In this document: positions 40,351 to 48,768 of the stretch, in pieces
Position numbering within the stretch: position 1 is the first letter of the stretch
How the letters are laid out: each line of letters starts with the position of its first letter
Virus record (IMG/VR): IMGVR_UViG_3300032116_022045
Length of the DNA stretch: 64,000 nucleotides
From: a virus
Lineage: Duplodnaviria > Caudoviricetes
Reading direction: 5' to 3' (one strand)
The notes under the pieces: model-generated
The model's database searches: none
What the model saw: only the letters and a program-made list of their open reading frames with translations
Told to the model about the DNA's origin: nothing
Position numbers and translations under genes: made by a program

Positions 40351-40372
40351 AACTTTGTAACATTACAAAGTT
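40351..40372. other. Perfect 10-bp inverted repeat (terminator or operator)
   Basis: aactttgtaa-ca-ttacaaagtt, followed by a U-run on the minus strand and lying just upstream of the polB promoter. Confidence 0.55.
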
Positions 40373-40422
40373 ACTAAAAAAAATCGACAAAAACAAATAT
40401 TTTTTTAATTTTAATTAAAATA

Positions 40423-40794
40423 TTATTTTTTTATATCACCATCTAATATGTTTATATATAATGATTCTCTAATAGGGACAATTAGTGTTCCAGAACCATC
40501 TAAAAACTCTATAGTAAAAGTACCAACATATTTACCTGGTTTTGATGTTTCATTTGAAGTAAATTTATAAGTTATATAAAATTCTTCACCAACACAATTT
40601 ATTGGTATTACTTGTTGTAAACCAGCAGTTTTTTTAGCTATTCTTTTAACACCAGTAACGACATCCGCCATAGTAAAATATATATTAGCATTTTGGATTG
40701 CAGAAAAAAATCTATGATAATCGTTACGACCATCAGAAATTAATTCCATTTTCAAAACTGGTAATGTTGCGTTTTTGTTTATAAAAAATTCCAT
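40423..40794 (-). CDS. BppU-N-like baseplate/fibre attachment protein
   Basis: ITYKFTSNETSKPGKYVGTFTIEF..G.LIVP pattern, downstream of the fibre genes. Confidence 0.55.
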   Translation of the reverse strand: MEFFINKNATLPVLKMELISDGRNDYHRFFSAIQNANIYFTMADVVTGVKRIAKKTAGLQQVIPINCVGEEFYITYKFTSNETSKPGKYVGTFTIEFLDGSGTLIVPIRESLYINILDGDIKK

Positions 40795-40800
40795 GTTTTA

Positions 40801-42657
40801 TTAATTTATACCGTATTTATTCTTATCTAAATCAAAATTATATTTTATGTTTTCATATGGTAAATCACATATGTTAAATTTAAATTGAGACATACTACCA
40901 ATAAAGGTACCAGCAAAATTTTGTTCTATTGGTAATCCTCTATCAGCCATATCTAACCCATCAAATGTTTGACTATCAATTAACCCTTGAGAACCACCAC
41001 CTAAACTAAAATTAAACGGAACACCTACTTGTTTTAAATAATGTTCATCAAGTCTTTTAGCGATAAACTCTGGAAAATTATCAACAGTAAATTTTAATTT
41101 AGAATTAATATAAAACATTAGTTTACCTGTTCTTTGTGGTTTTGTTTGTAATTCACAATCAGTTAAATAATTTGTTGTATATCTTATTGTAATATATGAC
41201 CATTCATCAAAAGTAACTAAACCAGATAAAGAATATTCTTCTTTAATAGAAACGTTTGATTCATATAATCTTTGACCTGTGGATGCTGTATAACATGTTC
41301 CAGTAACTGTTAATAGTCTATAACCTATTTTACCATCATCTGTTATTATAAACGCTAATGCGTTATCAACAATATCTTTTTTGTAATCAACAACTGTTTG
41401 TGGTTTTGACCTACCACTAAAACTACATTTTGTTTCAGTACCTAAACCATCATTTGGTCCACAACATGATGTGCATGTACAACCTGAAGATGAAAAACCA
41501 GCACCCCTACCATAAATTAGAAAAGGGTTTTGATAATTATTAACAACTTCAACAGTTTTTTTAATTGCAATACCACCGCCATGATAACTACAAACTGTTT
41601 GTGTACCTAAACCATCATTACTTAATAAATTACAAGTACAATTAGTTGAACTATTTTGTTGCATTGTTTGACCAGTGTTAATTAACACTGTACCAACTGA
41701 ACCAGTTATTGTTGGTCCTCTATTATCTTGTGCTCTACCATAAATTAAAAAAGGATTTGTAATTATTTCTATTTTAACTTGTGGTGGAATTAAAGGTATT
41801 GCAAAACCATTTTCTTCTAAAACAGATATATCATCTTCTTTTATGGTTGTACACCATGTATTAACGGTTCCAGTACAACCAGAATCTTGAGTACAACCAC
41901 TAGTACAACCAGTACTATTACCATAAAATTGATTCCAAAATTTATTTTCAGCTCTTGTACCCATATAAAAGAAAATACCTTTATTGTCTGGATAAACTTC
42001 ATTTAATGTTGTACCTGTAAAACCAGTAAATGAACATTCTTGTCTAGGTCTTAACCAAAATTCGGCTGACCATGCTTCGTTAACCCTTGTTGGTAATACT
42101 TTATAGTTTGTACCATCTAACTTATAAAAACCTTGAAAAAAACCACCACATAGTTCTTCATAAACACCTTCAGTACCACCAGTAAGTGTTCTCCTAGGAT
42201 AAACGTAATTACCAGTTGTTCCAGTAACTAAATTCATTGTAAATCTAGTATCACCAGATGTAATAACCAATGTAGATGCTGTTAATGCACTAAGTAATGC
42301 TAAATTACTGGTATCAGATTGGTCTTTTTGAAATGTTACTAAACCATTATCAATACCTGTTAACCCTAATGTAGTCATTGTGTAACCAGTATTAACAGCA
42401 CCATTCCAATCAACCAAACTTAATAATGTACCTGTACTTGGATTGTTATTTTTATATGTTAAAGTATTATTAAAATCGTACCAAACGACAAAACAATCAC
42501 CTGAAGACAATGAAGATGAAGACCCAGCACCATTACCACCACCAACACTTTTTAAATATCTAACATTCTCATCAGTAGCTAAATAAAAATCCCAGTAATC
42601 AGAATTTGATAACTTTAAATCTATTTTGTTAAAATTGAAATTCTTAATATTCCCCAT
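40801..42657 (-). CDS. Virion structural protein with LamG/ConA-like domain and Cys-rich insert
   Basis: WSAEFWLRP...GIFFYMG, DEWSYITI...GKLMFYINSKL...FIGSMSQFKF, with many Cys and [ST]GxT motifs. Confidence 0.6.
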   Translation of the reverse strand: MGNIKNFNFNKIDLKLSNSDYWDFYLATDENVRYLKSVGGGNGAGSSSSLSSGDCFVVWYDFNNTLTYKNNNPSTGTLLSLVDWNGAVNTGYTMTTLGLTGIDNGLVTFQKDQSDTSNLALLSALTASTLVITSGDTRFTMNLVTGTTGNYVYPRRTLTGGTEGVYEELCGGFFQGFYKLDGTNYKVLPTRVNEAWSAEFWLRPRQECSFTGFTGTTLNEVYPDNKGIFFYMGTRAENKFWNQFYGNSTGCTSGCTQDSGCTGTVNTWCTTIKEDDISVLEENGFAIPLIPPQVKIEIITNPFLIYGRAQDNRGPTITGSVGTVLINTGQTMQQNSSTNCTCNLLSNDGLGTQTVCSYHGGGIAIKKTVEVVNNYQNPFLIYGRGAGFSSSGCTCTSCCGPNDGLGTETKCSFSGRSKPQTVVDYKKDIVDNALAFIITDDGKIGYRLLTVTGTCYTASTGQRLYESNVSIKEEYSLSGLVTFDEWSYITIRYTTNYLTDCELQTKPQRTGKLMFYINSKLKFTVDNFPEFIAKRLDEHYLKQVGVPFNFSLGGGSQGLIDSQTFDGLDMADRGLPIEQNFAGTFIGSMSQFKFNICDLPYENIKYNFDLDKNKYGIN

Positions 42658-44423
42658 TAAAAATCTTCTAAAGCAACTCTTTTCCAGTTGTTACTGGTTT
42701 TTATGTATAAATAATTATCATCTCTTGTGATAGAACCATCAGTACCATTTGTATCAGTAGATGATGATGGCGTGTAAATCGGTATAATTAATTCTTTTGG
42801 TATTAAAGATGTGTTTGTAACCCAATTACCATTGTTATCAACAATAAATTCAGAATTTTTATCTGTATCTACACCATTAATAACGATAATACCACCACCA
42901 TTAGCTGATTCATGAGAACCATTATAATTTAATTCAATATTATTATCTTCAGCAACAACTGTTTGAGTTGTTATGTTAATGTTGCTAACATTCGTATTAT
43001 TGTCTGACAATTGTTTAATAGCTTCAACAATAATAGGAATAACACAATCTGTATGTACACCTTTATACCCACTTTTTTCATTTTTAAATACTAATAATGG
43101 CTCAACATCTTCAACTTGTTGAGCAATAAAACCAAATCTAGGCTTTGTACCACCAGCTGACTTATCAATCCATTCATATGTTACACCACTTAATCCTTTT
43201 ACTATATCTAAAGAATTTTTTATTGATTTTATGTTTTCTTTCAAATTAATATCTGATGTGCTAGATGTTAAAAAACCATTAGCGTCAATATTAACATTAT
43301 TAAAAAAAGCACCAGAACCTAAATTATCAATGTTTAAATTAACCACATGTGTTACATCATTTGCTTTACTACTAATACTTGGACCTAAAACAACTGAATC
43401 GTCATGTGTCGCCTGACTAGCATTACCAAACGAAAAAGAACAAAGTCCTGTTGCTTGACTAGTATCACCACCAGCAAAAGAATAATCACCAGATGCTATT
43501 GTTGCTTTACCAGAAGCATGTGATGCAACACCAGAAGCTTCTGTAGAAGTACCTTCAGCATGTGAAGCATCATTAGAAGCTATTGTTGAAATACCTTCAG
43601 CATGTGAATAATTACCAGTAGCTATTGTATCGCTACCTTCAGCATGTGAGAAAGCACCACCAGCAATTGTTTTAAAACCTTCAGACAAACTAGTGTCACC
43701 AGAAGATATTGTTTCTCGACCCAAAGATATTGAATAATTACCAGTAACTAGTGAATTATAATTAGATAATGCTAAAGAATATTGACCAGTACCACCAGAC
43801 CAATAACCTGTAACACCAGTTAAAGCTTTCCATTCTCCTTTACCCTCAGATGTTGAACAAACCCAAACATACCCAATAACAGGTGTTTTATTAATTATTA
43901 AATCATTTGTTCTAGTTATTCCAGATACATCAACCCAAATAGTTCTACCATTAAAATCTAAACTATTACCACTATAAACTGTTAATAATGTTGTTAAAAT
44001 ACCACCACTATAATTACCAGAACCATCAACAGTCATACCTGTAACTAAAACATCATAAGAAACACCTGTATATGTTAATGCAATGGTATTACCATCAATA
44101 ACTGTTGTTGTGTTTGCACTAAATACAAGATTAACTGTTTGAGTTACAGCAGAATTAGATGGTGTTATAGCAGATAATAACGGGTCACCAATAGACATAA
44201 TCGGATAATTCCAATTAAATATTGTTGTACCAGAATTACCTGAAAAACTACTTGTAAAAAAAACATATGTTTCACTAACACCAGTACTACTGGTATCAAT
44301 ACCAGATGGTAATTGTGAAAAAGGAACACCAAAAACTGTACCACCAGATAAATAGGTGGTTGTTTCAATGTTTTGTTTTATTTGTCTATTATTAGAATAA
44401 TCTAATTTTGTTAAGAATGGCAT
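42657..44423 (-). CDS. Trimeric tail fibre with YadA-like head repeats and a peptidase S74 chaperone domain
   Basis: SHAEG..T.A.G 14-aa repeats, and SDINLKENI...GVTYEW...FGFIAQQVE. Confidence 0.8.
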   Translation of the reverse strand: MPFLTKLDYSNNRQIKQNIETTTYLSGGTVFGVPFSQLPSGIDTSSTGVSETYVFFTSSFSGNSGTTIFNWNYPIMSIGDPLLSAITPSNSAVTQTVNLVFSANTTTVIDGNTIALTYTGVSYDVLVTGMTVDGSGNYSGGILTTLLTVYSGNSLDFNGRTIWVDVSGITRTNDLIINKTPVIGYVWVCSTSEGKGEWKALTGVTGYWSGGTGQYSLALSNYNSLVTGNYSISLGRETISSGDTSLSEGFKTIAGGAFSHAEGSDTIATGNYSHAEGISTIASNDASHAEGTSTEASGVASHASGKATIASGDYSFAGGDTSQATGLCSFSFGNASQATHDDSVVLGPSISSKANDVTHVVNLNIDNLGSGAFFNNVNIDANGFLTSSTSDINLKENIKSIKNSLDIVKGLSGVTYEWIDKSAGGTKPRFGFIAQQVEDVEPLLVFKNEKSGYKGVHTDCVIPIIVEAIKQLSDNNTNVSNINITTQTVVAEDNNIELNYNGSHESANGGGIIVINGVDTDKNSEFIVDNNGNWVTNTSLIPKELIIPIYTPSSSTDTNGTDGSITRDDNYLYIKTSNNWKRVALEDF

Positions 44424-44443
44424 CGTATTTTTTTATTTTTATT

Positions 44444-44475
44444 TATAAATATTCTAATATTACAATATATTTATA
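44444..44475. promoter_or_regulatory. Divergent pair of putative late promoters
   Basis: ATATTTATA on the minus strand (44444-44452) and on the plus strand (44467-44475), each facing its own operon. Confidence 0.55.
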
Positions 44476-44489
44476 ATAAAATATTTTTT

Positions 44490-44942
44490 ATGAAAAATAA
44501 AAATAAAAACTTAAATATTAATGAACTTGTTGGTGGTGATATTTACGCATCAAGTGGTGATAAACCATTTAATGGGTATTCTGAAATAGAAACTGGCCCT
44601 GTACAAAAATCTTATAATGATTATTCAGATTATGAAAAGGGACAATCAACAACAACTGATAAAGTTTTTGGTAGATATAGACAAAATATACCATGGTTCG
44701 CTGTTTATACATATGGCGGTATGAGGTCAAATGTTGGTCCAATAACATTTGAAAGTAAAATCATAAATAAAAAAACTGTTGAAGAAACAATAGATTCTAT
44801 CGTTAAAAAACGTTCTAATAACGATATTAAATCTAAAGATGATAATCCTAAATTTAATAAAATATTAGATTTAATAGATGATATTAATTTAACAGATGAA
44901 CAAATAAAAAAATTAAAAGAAAAATTAAATAAAGATGCCTAA
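44490..44942 (+). CDS. Hypothetical late protein
   Basis: 150-aa ORF, first gene after the plus-strand late motif. Confidence 0.6.
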   Translation: MKNKNKNLNINELVGGDIYASSGDKPFNGYSEIETGPVQKSYNDYSDYEKGQSTTTDKVFGRYRQNIPWFAVYTYGGMRSNVGPITFESKIINKKTVEETIDSIVKKRSNNDIKSKDDNPKFNKILDLIDDINLTDEQIKKLKEKLNKDA

Positions 44943-45384
44943 TTCAAATTTAAAAGACAAATACTATAATATCGATGGTGAACAATTAAAGTACACTGCT
45001 ATTGCTATGCGTGAATCTAGATTGAAAAAAGCCAAAGAATTATGTGAAAGTTCTAAAAATTGTGAAGAATTTAATAAATTGGGTGGTCAACAAAAGCTAA
45101 ATAGATATACTGAAATAATAAAAAAAGAACAAGAAATTGATTATAAAATAAAAGACGAAAAAAGAAAAGGTGGTTTAGAAAATCAATTTATAAAAAAACA
45201 CACTAAAGATAAAAATAACGCAAACCCTACAGAAGTGGGTGGTGTACCTTTAGTAACAAAAGGTAATACTTTTGACAAAATAATGTCTGGTAAAGATATT
45301 TATAATGAAAATATTGAAAAAGAAATTATTGAGATAAAGTATTTAATAGAATACATGAATAATAACAAAAAAAATAAAATTTAA
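44935..45384 (+). CDS. Hypothetical late protein with C-terminal EIIEIKYLIEY helix
   Basis: 149-aa ORF overlapping the previous gene. Confidence 0.6.
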   Translation: MPNSNLKDKYYNIDGEQLKYTAIAMRESRLKKAKELCESSKNCEEFNKLGGQQKLNRYTEIIKKEQEIDYKIKDEKRKGGLENQFIKKHTKDKNNANPTEVGGVPLVTKGNTFDKIMSGKDIYNENIEKEIIEIKYLIEYMNNNKKNKI

Positions 45385-45389
45385 AGAAT

Positions 45390-45764
45390 ATGCCAACAAA
45401 CTACAACGGTGGACAATCACCATTAGAAGCAGCTGCGATTATTGCTAGAAGCAATTTAATCCCTAAGAACATCTATAACAATGAAAGTAATAGTAATCAA
45501 TACGGTGACACGCATACAAGAGCATTGTCTGACACAACAACACCAGTACATGGTAAAGGGTCTGGTAATTATCTAGATATTGAAAATTATAAAGGTGTTG
45601 GTGGTGCATTTGATATTTTTGGTAATGCTAGTAACCCAGGTAGTGGTAGAGAACCATCACTATCATTAAATAGTAGTACATGGGGTTATGGTCCAGATGG
45701 TTTAGGAATGACAAATTATACCGCACCAGACACATCAGCAAATAGAGGTCAAGTTATTATTTAA
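45390..45764 (+). CDS. Hypothetical Gly/Asn-rich virion-type protein
   Basis: 124-aa ORF in the late operon. Confidence 0.6.
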   Translation: MPTNYNGGQSPLEAAAIIARSNLIPKNIYNNESNSNQYGDTHTRALSDTTTPVHGKGSGNYLDIENYKGVGGAFDIFGNASNPGSGREPSLSLNSSTWGYGPDGLGMTNYTAPDTSANRGQVII

Positions 45765-45767
45765 TTA

Positions 45768-46202
45768 ATGAAACTTTACAATTTATTTAAAGATGTTATT
45801 TTAGAAGAAAGAAACCTTTTATCTGAAGGTGTATCTCAATCTCAAATTGAAGACGCTATTAATAATCAATATAACGTCAAAATTGAATATAGAGATTATG
45901 AAAATGAACCACCAAGTAAAAGGTATATTCAGGTATATAACTTATCCAAGACAAAAGCTGGTAATTACGCTATTAGAGCTTATCAAATATTTGGTGGTTC
46001 TAAAACAACACCAAAAGAAGGTTCTTGGAAAATATTTAGATTAGATAGAATAGAAAAATGGGAACCAACAAAAGTAAAATGGAAACAACCAGTATCTGAT
46101 TTAGATAACACTATACCAAAATATAATAAATTAGGAGACAAAACAATGTCAGTAGTATTAAAAAAAGTTAATTTAAAAAATGGAAACACCACAACCAGTT
46201 GA
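45768..46202 (+). CDS. Stand-alone WYL-domain protein
   Basis: IEDAINNQYNVKIEY...KRYIQVYNL....GNYAIRAYQ...WKIFRLDRIEKW. Confidence 0.75.
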   Translation: MKLYNLFKDVILEERNLLSEGVSQSQIEDAINNQYNVKIEYRDYENEPPSKRYIQVYNLSKTKAGNYAIRAYQIFGGSKTTPKEGSWKIFRLDRIEKWEPTKVKWKQPVSDLDNTIPKYNKLGDKTMSVVLKKVNLKNGNTTTS

Positions 46203-46740
46203 TTTAAACAGATTAAAAGGTATTTTAAGTAATGCTAAAAAAGTAATGAAAGTAACGGATGAAAAATTCCCTACTAAAACTGCATCTAAGCAACAAGCAG
46301 AACCAATATATGAAAATATTGGCCCTATGTATGATGAAAATGATGAAAGAGAACCAAATTATAACACTTATAACCCAAGTTCAAATAATAATGATGGTTC
46401 ATATACACAAGAACAAGTATTAGCGTCAAAATTACCACAAGCAATTAAAGAAATAATGATAAAAAAACCAATTCCTAAGATAAATGGTTTACCTCAAAAA
46501 TTTACATTAGATGAATTAAGTGATTTGGTTGAAAAACCAAAAGCTAATAAAAGAACTATTACCGAAAATAAATCAAATAACGATAACATAACAATTAGTC
46601 TATCACAATTAAACGAATTAATAGACCAAAGAGTTAATAAAATTTTAGCTGAACAATTCACAAAACACATTAGTGAACAATCAATTAAAAAAACAATATC
46701 TACTTTGATTAAAGAAGGAAAATTGACTAATAAACGATAA
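46180..46740 (+). CDS. Hypothetical late protein
   Basis: 186-aa ORF with several [IL]xE motifs, last gene before the terminator. Confidence 0.6.
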   Translation: METPQPVDLNRLKGILSNAKKVMKVTDEKFPTKTASKQQAEPIYENIGPMYDENDEREPNYNTYNPSSNNNDGSYTQEQVLASKLPQAIKEIMIKKPIPKINGLPQKFTLDELSDLVEKPKANKRTITENKSNNDNITISLSQLNELIDQRVNKILAEQFTKHISEQSIKKTISTLIKEGKLTNKR

Positions 46741-46770
46741 ATTAATTATTTAAATGTTTTTTTTTTATTT

Positions 46771-46796
46771 AGGGGAATTTAAGTTCCCCTTTTTTA
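46771..46796 (+). terminator. Intrinsic terminator
   Basis: aggggaa/ttcccct stem followed by a U-run. Confidence 0.75.
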
Positions 46797-46870
46797 TTTA
46801 CAAATTACTTATTAAAGATTATAATTGTTAAGTAATAATAACAATAAAATAAAGAACATAATAAAAAATT

Positions 46871-48150
46871 ATGAATCAAATTAATAAACAAAAAACTACC
46901 CCTGTAGGTCGTAAATGTAAGGTACTTGTAGTCCCTTCAGACCGTACAGGGGTAGGTTAAATGGTTTTTTTAGGTCAACTAATCCACACATTGAATTAGA
47001 AAATAAATATCCTGACTTATTTAGTGTAGATATTGATTATGAACCACAATTAGATAATGATGAATGGTTAAAACAATATGATATTATTCATTATCATAGA
47101 ACTTTAGGTCCTTTTGAAACAATTCAAAATGTTTTAGATAGATGTAAAAAGCTAGGTATTGTTACTATTATGGATATTGATGATTATTGGGCACCAGGTA
47201 ATCACCACCCAGCTTATTTATTAATTAAAAATTCTGGTATGGATAAAAAAATTGAGAATAATCTAAGATATTCTCACAATATCACAACAACTACACCAAT
47301 ATTTGCTAAAGAAATAAGTAAATACAACAAGAATGTTTTTGTATTACCTAATGCAATTGATGAAAAAGAACCACAATTCATTCCAACACCAGTTACATCA
47401 GAAAAATTAAGGATTGGTTGGTTAGGAGGTTCATCCCATTTAAAAGATTTAGAAATTTTAAGTGGATTAGTTAATAGATTAAAAGCAGATGGTTTATTAG
47501 ATAAACTACAATTTGTTTTATGTGGATTCGATTTAAGAGGAACGCATACAGAAATTGATAAAAATACTGGACAACAAAGACAAAGACCTATTTTACCAAA
47601 AGAAAGTGTTTGGTATCTTTATGAAAAAATATTCACAGATGATTATAAAACAATTAGTCCAGAATATAGAGATTTTCTATTAAAATTTGTGCAAGAAGAA
47701 TATAAAGATGTTGAAAATGAACCTTATAGAAGAGTTTGGACTAAACACGTATCTAGTTATGCTACTAATTATAATTTATTTGATGTTTCACTTGCACCAT
47801 TAGAAGAAAATGTGTTTAATAAGAATAAGAGTCAATTAAAAGTTATTGAAGCAGGTTTTCATAAAAAAGCTTTAATAGCACAAAATTTTGGACCTTATCA
47901 AATTGATTTAGTTAATGTATTTAAGAGTGGTGGTGCAATAAATGAAAATGGTAATGCTATTTTAGTTGATTCTAACAGAAACCATAGTGATTGGTATAAA
48001 GCGATTAAAAGACTGATTAACAACCCTGAAGTAATCGATATTATGAAAAATAATTTAAGTAACTTGGTTAAAAGTACTTATAGTGTTGATGCTGTTAATG
48101 AGACAAGAAAAAATCTTTATTTATCTTTATTAGAGAAAAATAAAAATTAA
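46871..48150 (+). CDS. GT-B (GT4-like) glycosyltransferase interrupted by an in-frame TAA and a -1 frame change
   Basis: 46871-46960 encodes MNQ...KVLVVPSDRTGVG*. The -1 frame continues FFRSTNPHIELE...DIIHYHR...MDIDDYW...IGWLGGSSH...SLAPLEENVFNKNKSQLKVIEAG. Confidence 0.82.
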
Positions 48151-48151
48151 G

Positions 48152-48183
48152 TTGTTTTTTAGGGTTATTATTTAGTATATTTG
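48152..48183 (+). promoter_or_regulatory. Bacteroidota sigma70-type promoter for the HD-dut-glycan operon
   Basis: TTG-N21-TATATTTG. Confidence 0.65.
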
Positions 48184-48206
48184 TTTTGTAACAAAAAAAT
48201 AAATTT

Positions 48207-48764
48207 ATGTCTTTAGAACAATCAAAAATTATCGCTAACACAAAAAAGTATTTTGACACAGCGAACAAACACGGTTTTATGACCGATGACTTAATGAAAT
48301 TCTTGGGTGAGGATTTGATTAAAGCCCCTGCAACTAATTTAACATCATTATATGGTGCTTATGAAGGTGGTTTAATTGAACACATGCTAAGAGTGGCTAA
48401 ATATGCTGTAGCTGTTAATAATTCTTTATCAGAAGATGAAAGAGTAGATATGAGCAGTTTATTAAAAGTTTGTTTGCTACATCAAATTGGAAAAACTAAG
48501 TTATACATTCCATGTACTTCTGATTGGCACATTAAAAATCAAGGTAAAATGTATGATTACAACAATGACCTTACATCTATGAGAGTTGGTGAGCGAAGTG
48601 TTTATTATGCTCAAACTAATGGCGTTAAATTAACTGAAGAAGAATATTATGCTATCATCTCTTATGATAAGACTGAAGATAAAATGGCTGACTATCATAA
48701 TAGTTTACTTGGTGAACTTTTAAAAATGGGTAATACATTAGCAATTAAAACAGTAAAAAAATAA
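48207..48764 (+). CDS. HD-superfamily phosphohydrolase-like protein (HD appears as HQ)
   Basis: [10 protein letters not shown]...LLHQIGK...GERS. Confidence 0.6.
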   Translation: MSLEQSKIIANTKKYFDTANKHGFMTDDLMKFLGEDLIKAPATNLTSLYGAYEGGLIEHMLRVAKYAVAVNNSLSEDERVDMSSLLKVCLLHQIGKTKLYIPCTSDWHIKNQGKMYDYNNDLTSMRVGERSVYYAQTNGVKLTEEEYYAIISYDKTEDKMADYHNSLLGELLKMGNTLAIKTVKK

Positions 48765-48768
48765 TAAT

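Noticed and set aside
17732-44452. T4 late promoters TATAAATA on the plus strand
   Set aside because: They point away from the adjacent genes. The consistent gene-relative orientation is the reverse complement.
46955-46975. Group I intron at the GGT/TAA junction of the split glycosyltransferase
   Set aside because: The U-then-TAA junction is suggestive, but only 8 extra nt are present, no catalytic core is visible, and the frame-restoring segment does not end in G. It is kept only as a collapsed-assembly alternative.
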